Source: Basidiobolus meristosporus CBS 931.73 (Eukaryota; Fungi; Basidiobolomycota). From it: 64,000 nucleotides of DNA. Positions 51,258 to 61,635 of this stretch are shown here, piece by piece. The stretch covers positions 14,917-78,916 of the forward strand of contig MCFE01000416.1 of NCBI GenBank assembly GCA_002104905.1, in the 5' to 3' direction. The notes beneath the pieces are model-generated. The model saw only the letters and a program-made list of their open reading frames with translations. It made no database searches and was not told where the DNA came from. The number at the start of each line of letters is the position of its first letter. Position 1 is the stretch's first letter. The translations under genes and the position numbers were made by a program.

Positions 51258-51652
51258 AAAGGTGTGAGTACTCAATGTAGTACCCACTCTTTGCCCAAGA
51301 GTTCTCCCAAGAGTTCCCTCCAGAGTCCTACCCAAAGTCCTCCAGTACCCTCCCTATGATTCCCCCACGCGTCCTCCCCTCCTATCCCTGCCCTTATCTA
51401 GTTAGAACACTTACCATAACAGGAAGGTGTTCACACCCCTATTTTATAACACATTGTCTATTGTCTAAGCCCCCCAAGTGATATATATATCTACCCAATT
51501 GAACCAGGAAGAACAATAAGATTTGGACGAAATAAACAGAAGTCTTTATTACCTTGTTACCTTCTATTGGAAGCTATTCTGAACCAAGTGGTACTGACTT
51601 GACCTACAAGCTCTCCCACTCATCAAGTACAGTCAGTAATAAACCACATATT

Positions 51653-51664
51653 TGGTGCCATCTC
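51653..51664 (+). promoter_or_regulatory. Gypsy 2 primer-binding site, tRNA-His type
   Basis: TGGTGCCATCTC, 4 nt after the 5' LTR; complement of the ..GAGAUGGCACCA 3' end of yeast-type tRNA-His(GUG). Confidence 0.75.
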
Positions 51665-51689
51665 TGCGGAAATAAGCACAAGTGAGGTA

Positions 51690-52562
51690 ATGACTACTAC
51701 AATCAAACTAAAAACATACAAGGGAAAGAGAGAGAAAGCCCTTGAGTGGTTCAATAAGTTTGAGAGAGTTGCGGTTGATGCAGGATGGGACGACAATAAG
51801 AAAGTAAGAGAGTTCGCAAGACATATGGAAGGGTCAGCATGGCAATGGCATTATGGGTTGGAAGACGCAGTCAAAGACGACTGGGATGCACTAGAAGAAG
51901 CCTACAAGACACGCTTTCTATATGCTGAAGGATACCACTACAAAGCCCTTCTACTGTCCTCACGGAATAAAAGCAGTGAAAGCTATGAAGCCTACACTGA
52001 ACTGTTTCTCCAACAAGTTCAATGTCTCCCAAAGGACGAAATTGCCAAACAACAGCTCATGAGGTATTACATCATGGGCTTAGACAACGAAATAAGACAT
52101 AGGGCGTCCAAAGAACAACAGGGATGTAAAACGTTGCAAGAGTTGGTTGAACAAGTACAAGGGGTCATCTTGCTATGGGGGCTACCCTATAGTGATACAA
52201 ATGATTGAAGGACAGGGATCCCCCGTAAGAAAGGAAAAATTGCCTCCCCGAAAGACCGTGAGTTAGAGGAATTACGGCAAAAGGTCCAAGAACTCTTGAT
52301 CAACAATGTCCAAGAAGTCCCCAAAGAAGGTGATAAACTCTGGGAAGCTGTCGTAGATCTAAAGGCCCAGGTTCAAGTCCTGACCCAACAGATGGAACAA
52401 CCGCAACAACAGTATCTGTGTTATGTGTGTGGAGAAGTAGGTCACCGGGCCCATGAATGTGAAAAACGGTACGGAAGAGAAGCAGTACCGGACACAAAAG
52501 AGAAGAAGGCGTCAAAAGACAGAGTCCCTTGCCAGGAGGCCAACAGGACTCAGTCAATCTAA
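51690..52562 (+). pseudogene. Gypsy 2 gag (one in-frame TGA at 52206-08); CCHC knuckle
   Basis: ALEWFNKFERVAVDAGWDDNKKVREFARHMEGSAWQW; CYVCGEVGHRAHEC. Confidence 0.88.
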
Positions 52563-55500
52563 GCCCTCCGGTCAGGACAATCAAAGTGCGGAAGAAGAAG
52601 CGTCAACATGATGCTTCTAGAGAGGAGGCAAAGGAACGTGTAGTAGAGGTTCCGTCAAAAGGAAAGAGCGCAGAATTAGGTGAAGAAGTACGGAATGAAC
52701 CTTGGGAAGAAGTGTTAAAGCAAACGAAGAACGCTAGCATGTCTTCCCATGGCCTATTCCCCATAATGAAGGTACTAGAGCAAACCAAGGCAACCCTCCC
52801 AATAACCAATTTACTGGGACTGGCCCCGGCTCTAGTCAAGGAACTGATAGAGGGATTGAAGGAGATAACGACCCTCCATGTCAACCAGACGGTCCTGCAA
52901 AAACCGAATAAAGGTACATACGTAAAGGTACGTATAGAGAATAAGGAGATTCTCGCCCTTATCAACACAGGATCCTCTACATTGATCATGTCAGAGTCAT
53001 TAGCGAAACGTCTAAAACTTAATATAGTCCCCAACAACACCATTTGAGTACGGCTAGCAAATGACCAACTGGATACAACGGTAGGTGTGGTGCCTAATTG
53101 CCCCATTTGGCTAGGCAACTTGATAATACGCCAAGATGTTGTGGTCCTACCCGTTGCAGCCAATGACTTACTCATTGGCGAGAGTTGGTTTATCCAACAT
53201 AAGATGGATATACTTTACAGTGCATCTGAACTCAGGTGGGATACCAAGAGTATCCCACTGATTCATATCACCGATGAGAGCAAGGCGCGTAGCAACAGTG
53301 TGACGATCAAAGAGGTGAAACCGTCGCAGTCTCCGATCATCACACGAAAGGTGATAAAAATACCACCCGCCAGTGAGACGGTGATCTCATAAGAAACACC
53401 AATAGCTTATTCAACGAGCGGAAGAATGATAACCGCAGCAAAAGCATCCGAGCAACTGGAAGGAATCTCAATCCCTAAAGTATGGATACCACCAAAATTT
53501 GAAACGCAAAGCCTGAAATGCTTAGTGGTTAACAACGGGCGACACACGGTGACATTGCCTAGAGGAGTGCCATTGTTAAACTTAGAGGAAGTCAACGGAG
53601 ACAACTAAGGACCACCTACAAACACGGAACCAGAAGAAGAACTCCCCGAACTAGATGTGGACCCCGGTCTACTGCCTACGTTACGAGACAAATTCCTAGA
53701 AGGAATACGTCCGCTTGCCCAAGTATTCTCTAAGAACCAAGTAATTGGTCATATACCTGGGGTATATCACCAAATCCACCTCACCGACAAATACCCCATC
53801 AAGCAAAAAGCCTATAGGAATTCAAAAATTGACACAGACTATATCAAAGAGACAATTGAAACTTTATTAAAAGACGACATCATTACAGAGAGCCAGTCTC
53901 CGTGGGCCTCCCCCGTAGTGATAGTCCCAAAGAAAGACTGAAAGCAACGCTTTTGCATCGACTACCGGAAATTGAACGCCGTCACCCGGAAGGACGTGTA
54001 TCCGCTACCGCAAATAGACGACCTCTTGGACAGATTAATCGGAGCTAAATATTTTAGCTCTCTTGACTTAATCTCCGGGTATTGGCAAGTAGAAGTAGCC
54101 CCGGAAGATCGACCTAAAACCACTTTTATAACATTGTTTGGATTACACGAATGGAACCGACTACCCTTTGGCTTGTGCAATGCCCCCGCTACGTTCCAAA
54201 GGATGATCGACAAGGTGCTAGGAAATCTACAATGGGAATGCGCCCTTGTGTATCTGGACAACATCACGATATATTCCCCCGATGTAGAAGAACATATACA
54301 CGACGTGCAACGTATCCTGACATCCCTCCTCAAGAACCAACTCAAACTACATCCCAAGAAGTGCCATTTCCTGTATACGAAATTGTTGTTCCTGGGCCAC
54401 AAGATCTCGGCAGATGGAATATACCCATCTACGTCACTCCTGAAAGCCGTTCAAAATGCACCTGCACCAAAGGACATTAATGCAGTGTTGGGATTCCTAG
54501 GATTAGCCGGCTACTATTGCCGCTTTGTCAAAAACTTTGCAACAATAGCAGCCCCCCTATACAAATTGACGCAAAAGGGCCAGTGTTTTGTATGGTCGGA
54601 GCCTCAAAAGAGAGCATTCAATCAGCTGAAACATTCCCTGACGTCACCGCCAGTGTTACGATTTCCCAATTGGGATGCGAGATTTTTTATTAACTGTGAT
54701 GGAAGCCTCACAGGTATAGGCGCCGTACTGGGACAATACCACCAACCCGGCGAATTCCACCCAATTGGTTACGTGAGCCATTTGCTAAACAAACACAAAC
54801 GCCATTACCCCGTTACCGAGATAGAATGTCTGGCTGTTGTTTATTCAATTAAACAATTCCATACATACATACATGGTCGCCGATTCACGATAGTAACAGA
54901 CCACAGCGCACTGGTCTGGCTGATGAAAACTAAAGACTTTACCGGCCAACTAGCACGTTGGGCCCTACGACTACAGCAATATGACTTTGAAATAATTCAC
55001 CGCGCTGGCAAGAAACACCAGGACGCAGACTTCCTCAGTCGCTATCCTGTTTGCCAAATACGTGTCAGTGATGAGTACGAGGACGTAATCTGCTTTAAAA
55101 AGAAAGGGAGGTATCCCGAACACGTTGTTACAAACAAACAGAAGAGAGAATTTCGAAGGAAATGGTGTCAGTACAAAGTACAAGAAAATCGACTATGGTT
55201 CCTCCAAGGACAGTCCAGAGCCAAGGTACCCCCACTGGCAGCCCGTGAAGAAATCATACGAGAAAGACATATGTCATTAGGACACGCTAACCCCCTAACG
55301 ACATATAAGATGTTAAGAAAAACGTTTTACTGGCGAAAAATGATGACCAACGTTATGAATACGTTACGAAGATGCACCACTTGCGAAAGATTCAACCGGA
55401 GTCAGAAGATAGGGACAACCGCACCAATACCGGTTGACCTGCCCTTCCACCGAGTAGGGATCGACTTCGTTGGCCCCTTTATGAAAACAAAGAAAGGAGA

Positions 55501-56283
55501 ACAATACATAATAATCGCTACCGATTATTTCTCAAAGTGGGTAGAAGCCCAAGCCGTCCGCAATAAAGATCAGAAGACAACCGCCCAATTCATTCTAGAA
55601 CACCTCATCTGCCGACACGGATATCCTCAGATACTCCTGTCCGACAATGGTGGTTCCTTCCTGAACGACACCGTGGCCCACCTGTGCAAAATGATGGGCG
55701 TTAAACAAGTCTTCACGGCCGCGTATCACCCCCAGACTAACGGATTAACCGAGAGGATGAACCAGACGTGTTGCCGCATACTGGAGAAGCTTCACTGGGA
55801 ACTTCCCCACTGACACTCCTAGCAATGCGCACCACACCGAATAAAACAACGGGTTTCTCCCCATATGAAATCCTATATGGACGAAGACCCAAGTGGCGGG
55901 AGGAAGCTGGATTGATGATGGAAGGTGTCCCCCTGACAACACATAACAACTATATAGAAAGGTTGATACACCGTATCGCCCACCTATACATAAAAGTATT
56001 TGAAAATGTTGACAAGCACCTTCCCCCTCCACCCAAAAATGAGAAACTAACAAGACAAAAGTGGAAACCAGGCGATAAGGTGTGGTACGACCAAACCATT
56101 GCAGGCCTCAAGTTCCGCCCACAATTTACACCCCGATGGATTGGCCCATGCACCGTTATCAGTTCGGACCATGGACCAAAGTACACCATCACCCTGAATA
56201 ATAAGACAATCAGCAACGTAGCGCCAGCCCATCTGAAACCGTTTCATGATGATCCACCGATCATCACTGAGACCGCAGTGTGA
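52529..56283 (+). pseudogene. Gypsy 2 pol (-1 frame to gag) with four in-frame stops and a frameshift near 55800
   Basis: ALINTGSS protease (D to N); SPWASPVVIVPKKD; LPFGLCNAPATFQR; YLDN (D to N); NCDGSLTGIGAVL; RVGIDFVGP, LSDNGGSF, NGLTERMN; PRWIGPCTV. Confidence 0.92.
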
Positions 56284-56412
56284 TTAAACGATTATCAGGA
56301 CAAGGATAGAGGAAGACACGGGATACATTCGAAGTTTATTAGAGGAGATTTTAGTCGATATAGGTACAAATAATATGCGCAAGGGAGTTCGCCCAAAGGG
56401 GAGAACAAAAGA

Positions 56413-57582
56413 ATGCATATGGAAAGCGCCAAAGGAAACAGTTCACCCAAAACTGGCAATACCCCTCCCACTAGCAAGAACCAAGATGATATCGAAAACA
56501 AAACCGACCTGCAAGTGTTAAGAGATATGGTACAAGCGTTACGTACGACAAGAGCCACCTATGAAGAGTCGTTTGCCGGAGCAGTCACGCTAATACAAGA
56601 CACAATCAGAGAGGGACAAGACAAGTTACCCACACCGATACAAAGCATGGAGATACTACCCAAGAAGACCGTGTACCACCTAAGAGGAGGTTCCTTGATC
56701 ATTAAGGAGAAGGATGCCGCGCTGATTCCCGTATCCATACTGGACACAGTCAGACAGAAGACACAAGGAATCAACTGTTGCGCCCTCACAAGACCTCAAG
56801 AGCCCCCCTGTTTTGTTGCATACTTGCCATTAATAGGTACCACGGTTGTTGAGGTATACGCAGACCTGGTACAAGCTGCAAGAGCACCAGAAGTAGAACT
56901 CCCGATCAAAGGACTCCTCCAAGAAATTCGCGAACATCTCGAACCACATTTCCAAGAAGGAACTATCTTAGAGAAGATACGCGAACGGATTAAATACACC
57001 GGCCAGTTAACCCATGCGATCCACCAAGTTGCTGTGTTACAACTATTACAGTGGTTTACCATAGGACAACTCAGGAATCAGTATGAAGTCCAACTCCAAG
57101 AAGCCGAAGAAACCGCCGCGGATTCTGTAGAAACCATGAGGCAAGTATGAAAGCGCCTCGATCGCGCCACAGTTTCTACGGAAGAACTACAATACGTCTT
57201 GGAAGAAGCAAAAACTTGTTATCGACAACGGGTGACTGCCGACCAAGTGTACGCCCTCTTCAAAAGGTCCCCCGCCGTCATATTGAACACAAAAAGGACA
57301 AGCCCCAATAACGTTTGCAAGATAAAGAAGCAAGACTTTATCGCGCTATTGCACCTTTTCTTGTTCTCCGACCCTCCCAAGGAACTTACCCAGAACCCTA
57401 TGGTTTGCCAACTATTTGGCTCTATGGAAAACATCCCTTGAGCAACACAGGCCGCACCCCACTCTGCCGCCGAATGGTATCAGGTACTTGCCCGCAATCC
57501 CCTCGCAAGTGACAACCAGCAATGGTACTACGGTGACTCCCCATGCTCCGTAAACAAAATCGATCCTGGAGAAGCGAGTTAG
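56413..57582 (+). pseudogene. Gypsy 2 ORF3 in the env position; about 389 codons with two in-frame TGA (57148-50, 57439-41); no recognised homologue
   Basis: ORF-track pieces 56413-57150 and 57199-57441 share one frame, which continues ATQAAPHSAAEWYQVLARNPLASDNQQWYYGDSPCSVNKIDPGEAS* to 57582, 44 bp before the 3' LTR. Confidence 0.75.
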
Positions 57583-58018
57583 TCAAAGAACTTCGAGGAC
57601 GAAGCTCCCACTTAACCCCCGGGATATGTGAGTACTCAATGTAGTACCCACTCTTTGCCCAAGAGTTCTCCCAAGAGTTCCCTCCAGAGTCCTACCCGAA
57701 GTCCTCCAGTACCCTCCCTATGATTCCCCCATGCGTCCTCCCCTCCTATCCCTGCCCTTATCTAGTTAGAACACTTACCATAACAGGAAGGTGTTCACAC
57801 CCCTATTTTATAACACATTGTCTATTGTCTAAGCCCCCCCAAGTGATAAATATATCTACCCAATTGAACCAGGAAGAACAACGAGATTTGGACGAAATAA
57901 ACAGAAGTCTTTATTACCTTGCTACCTTCTATCGGAAGCTATTCTGAACCAAGTGGTACTGACTTGACCTACAAGCTCTCCCACTCATCAAGTACAGTCA
58001 GTAATAAACCACAAAAGG

Positions 58019-58861
58019 TTCTTGATGGCTGGTGTCCATTTCTTCTCTGAGGGCAGTACTTTGCAATATGTCCTGCTGGTGGCAATTGAAGCAAAGTCCT
58101 TTCTTCTAACATTCTTCCAAGGCAGGATTCTTCTGCATAGCATCTATTTCCATTGGTACTGCTTCTGACTGTCTTCTTTCATAATGATTGTAACCTTTCT
58201 GATTAGTCACTGTAGGCTTCCCAACTCCAAACATAGCTGAGTCATAGTGAATGGCAATCTTGATGGCTTCTTCAATAGTCTGAGGTCTTTGATAATTCAC
58301 TTCCTTGCAAGTTCTTTATTTCAACCCATCAATAAAGTATTCAACTTGATCCAGGGGGTCCATTCTTTCAATTTGTCCAAGTAGACATCTGTACTCATAG
58401 ATGTATTCTTGAACCATTCCTTTCTGTCTGAGTGTCTTTAACTTCCTTCTTAGTAGTGTCTGTTGGTGTGGAGGTTCAAAAGCACCCTGAATTTCCGACA
58501 CAAACTCATCCCAGGTAGAGATTGTAGAGCATCCCATCACAGTGGCTGACCTGATCTTGTTGTGGTACCACTGTAAAGCTGCATCTGCCAGGTAAGAAGC
58601 TGCATAATGCAACTTGCTTTCTGGAGCAATTCCTTTAGCTTTAAAAGCTTCTTCAATCTGAAAGAGCCAAGTTCCCAGGTTTTCATTGACTCTGCCATGG
58701 TACTGGCTGACCTTCACACTAAAGTTGCTTTTGACAGGGCTTTGCGGGTTCTGAGCCATGGTAGTCATTCCTTGCTGCTGTTGGCTAAGGATCTGGAGTA
58801 GCTGTTGCTGTTGGGCCAGGATTTGCTGCATGGCATTCTTCCATTCTTGATTGTCCAACAT
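58019..58861 (-). pseudogene. Gypsy 1 gag (Retrotrans_gag) with an in-frame stop and a frameshifted zinc knuckle
   Basis: MLDNQEWKNAMQQ..NLGTWLFQIEEAF..AASYLADAALQWY..VEYFIDGLK*; CFNCHQ followed by a 1-bp shift to GHIAKYCP. Confidence 0.88.
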
Positions 58862-59704
58862 CTTGAGGGTGGTCTCTTCTTTCTTCAGGAGGGAGGTTTC
58901 TGGTTATTGCTGCTACCAATGTTACAAGTCTTGGTATAAGAGTTGTAGAGGAATAGGGAGTTTAGCTAGTATTGTATTCACTAAAACTTGAACTGATTTT
59001 TATTGAGGTTCCAGCAGCTCCTTATATACATTTTGCCAGATCAATTGCTGACTAATTGTATTTCCTAATGTAGGTTGTGGCTAATGACTTGTTTGATTGC
59101 ATCATCATCACCCAATAAGATCCTACTTAATATATCCATTTCCGTCTGATAAGGATCTGCTGATTCATTTGCTAACTAATGCTACTGATTTCATAGATAA
59201 TACTGATATACTGATAACCTAAGCATATACTAATTGATTTGACTAAAAACTGATCTAACTTAAACATTCAAGCAGCAGATCATAACATATTTACCTGCCA
59301 ATATGCTGAATCTCTTCAGATATCCAAATGTGTGCTCTACCCTCACTCTGAAATGATTAAATATCTCATTGTAGAGCTTCTGCTTCCTGCTAAGCACACC
59401 ATTCCTTGGCTTCCTATAAGCTGTAATACATCCTAATCTCTGACAATCCTCTCCTATATAGGCTAAGTCTGCCATACATTTCTCCCCTCTACTGAATTCA
59501 GGATGATTCTCTACCCAGAGTGCTTTATCATGCCTACTTCCAGCAAATGGCCCACTAAACCAGATGATGTTACCCTCAATGTCAGACAGTGCTTGAAACT
59601 TCACACAGTGTGCCTTGTACTTGCCAGAATAAAAGTGCCTCTGCCCTCTAGAAGGTCTGTTAATCCTCACTGGTAAGGTATCCAAAATACTCCTGATATG
59701 GAAC

Positions 59705-60934
59705 TGTGGTAATGGAAAGTATTCCATTACTACAACATCTCTAAACCAATATTGCACTCATTTCTTTATTTTGCTTTTTGCTATTGTAACACACAAGAGA
59801 AAGATCAAGAATTTCCAACTTTGAAGAGCAAATGCTCCAGACCCTGACAAGCAATCCACCCAAGAATATTATGTCATATAGAACACGTAGTAGCCAACAC
59901 ATGTTTCAAATTAGAGCACATTTGAAGCAGTACTTAAGGAGTTATGACCAAAAGAGTCCAACTATTATATATACTATGCCTTATTGCTAGGATTACTATG
60001 GTGACTTTGATCGCGTGTAACGTTTGAACCAGCCAATCAAATCACATGAAATTTTCACAGGTGCTGTGCCTATGTCCGATCTGCGCCACTGCAAAATTTT
60101 AGCTTCGTATCACGTGTATTGCTTGCGCAATTGCCCAAAAACTTTGATCCTTCAAAATTTTCATATATATGACTTCCCCAGCTGAAAAATAAAGAGAGAG
60201 CCTCTCTTTCCAGAATCTCCACACTATGATTACAAGTTTAAAGGTAATGAGACTTCCCCTGCATCACTTGCACTGTTGAGTATTCTGACTTTGATCAGTA
60301 CTACATCAGTAAAGAGACTGCAAAGCTCACAAGAATCCAATCTAAATTCTACAAGAAACTACCACTTTTCTGTCGGAAAAGTCCCCTCTAAGAAACCCCT
60401 TTACTCTAAAGACACCCCTTTAGTCTAAAGACCCCTTTAGAGACCCCTTTAAGAAACCCCTTTACTCTAAAGAAGCCCCTTTAGGTACCCCTTTAGTGTA
60501 AAGTCCACTTTAGAGACCACTTCAAGAAGCCCCTTTACTCTAAAGACACCCCTTTAGACACCCCTTTAGGTCTAAAGACCCCTTTAGAGACTTCTACAAC
60601 ACACCCCTTTAGGTTAAAGGGGGGTTCAGAATTTCCATATTAGGAAATATTTTCTCAGAAAGGAAAGTGACTTCCAAATAAGGAAAAGTTACTATAAAAG
60701 TAAATAGGCCCGTTAGTTGACAGAAGGTCAGAACACTGCTGTAGAAGTGATAAACACTGCCCACAGTATATTTTGAGCCCAAGAGTGAGGAAATTAGTGA
60801 AAGTTATATCTTCATTGGTATATCAAACTCCCATTAAACTATTTCAGTATTAGCATACTGGAAGTTGTTGTATATTGTTGATTAGCCTCTACATTGCAGA
60901 ACAAGCCCCAAACTAATCATAATACAACACATCA
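59705..60934. mobile_element. Probable solo LTR (1230 bp) inserted in the PHIS copy 2 transposase
   Basis: TG..CA ends; 4-bp TSD GAAC (59701-04 and 60935-38); the flanks rejoin to the copy 1 sequence CTCCTGCTATGGAACCTGTTGCTG. No coding remnants seen. Confidence 0.75.
60383..60624. repeat. CCCCTTT(A) minisatellite array inside the 1.23-kb solo LTR
   Basis: 13 CCCCT (12 CCCCTTT) in about 230 bp, separated by CTAAAGA/AAGAAA spacers; ends in the hairpin CCCCTTTA-GGT-TAAAGGGG. Confidence 0.9.
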
Positions 60935-61635
60935 GAACCTGTTGCTGAACACTCTGGGATATGGAAGTCTATTGGAGCTTCTGAACCTAGTATTCCAAGC
61001 TTGCTCTAAGTCATTCATACCCTCTGCAAGGTGGTTCTCCATTGCTTTCAGCTGGGAATGAAAGCTTCTAGGACTTTTGTTGCCATGGATGGTGGGATGA
61101 AACCTTGTAGGGCAATAGTTCTTGTAATAGCAGAGAAGCTTAACAAGGGATCCCCTTGAGTAGATTGGGGTTGATGGTCCACAGTACTTGGAATAGATCT
61201 CCTCTAGTGTGTCAAAAGAAAATCCAGTGGTAGTGATGGGATTGATGAGAAAAGACCATTCAGATGAGTAAGTCATATTAAAACTGGTGGGTAACTGTAT
61301 GGAGGTGGTTTGAATCTATTTGGTGCAATCTGCGTTATTTATCTGATTTTTAATACATTATGGTTAAATCTCCATCAATTGCCATGTATCCCATCATTAT
61401 GTCGCAAAAATCATCCGCAAACAATGCCTTGGTACTTTTGTTGATGCTTTAATCATAAGTCTATAATCAAATAGGAAATCTGCAATTGATGTGATCTGAT
61501 CTGTGTCAATGCGATCCAAGATGCATCATGCATAATATATGGAAAATTCAACAATCATATTAGTTTTCATATATACTTCATATAAGACCAGGTTGATGCC
61601 AATATACTGCTGTATAAGTATCCAAATCCGTTGCT

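Larger units (their letters stand above)
51263..58013 (+). mobile_element. Ty3/gypsy element 2 (6.75 kb), inserted in gypsy 1 between gag and protease; LTRs 51263-51648 and 57627-58013; carries an extra ORF3
   Basis: 386/387-bp TGTGAG..ACCACA LTRs with about 7 substitutions and 1 indel by hand; 5-bp TSD AAAGG (51258-62 and 58014-18). Confidence 0.95.
47596..59287 (-). mobile_element. Ty3/gypsy element 1 (about 4.9 kb net); LTRs 47596-47963 and 58920-59287; no chromodomain seen
   Basis: 368-bp TGTTA..TAACA LTRs with 9 hand-counted differences; TSD TATT; minus-strand PBS TGGTAGCAG (tRNAiMet 3'-end type); PPT AGTAGGGGAGAA next to the left LTR. Confidence 0.95.
47462..61276 (-). pseudogene. PHIS copy 2 transposase, split into 60935-61276, 59288-59704 and 47462-47595
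   Basis: The pieces match copy 1 (MTYSSEWSFLINP..VFSNRF | HIRSILDTLPVRINRP..AGKY | RGKSYIGEN..). Confidence 0.88.

Noticed and set aside
50475-51335. 286-aa ORF fusing antisense gypsy 2 LTR repeats (GRTL)n to the gypsy 1 protease
   Set aside because: A TTG-start artefact of the nested insertion; the GRTL repeats come from the CCAAGAGT repeats of the LTR.
60383-60624. CRISPR-like or true telomeric array
   Set aside because: Eukaryotic context, no constant-length unique spacers, irregular units, and an internal position within a TSD-flanked insert.
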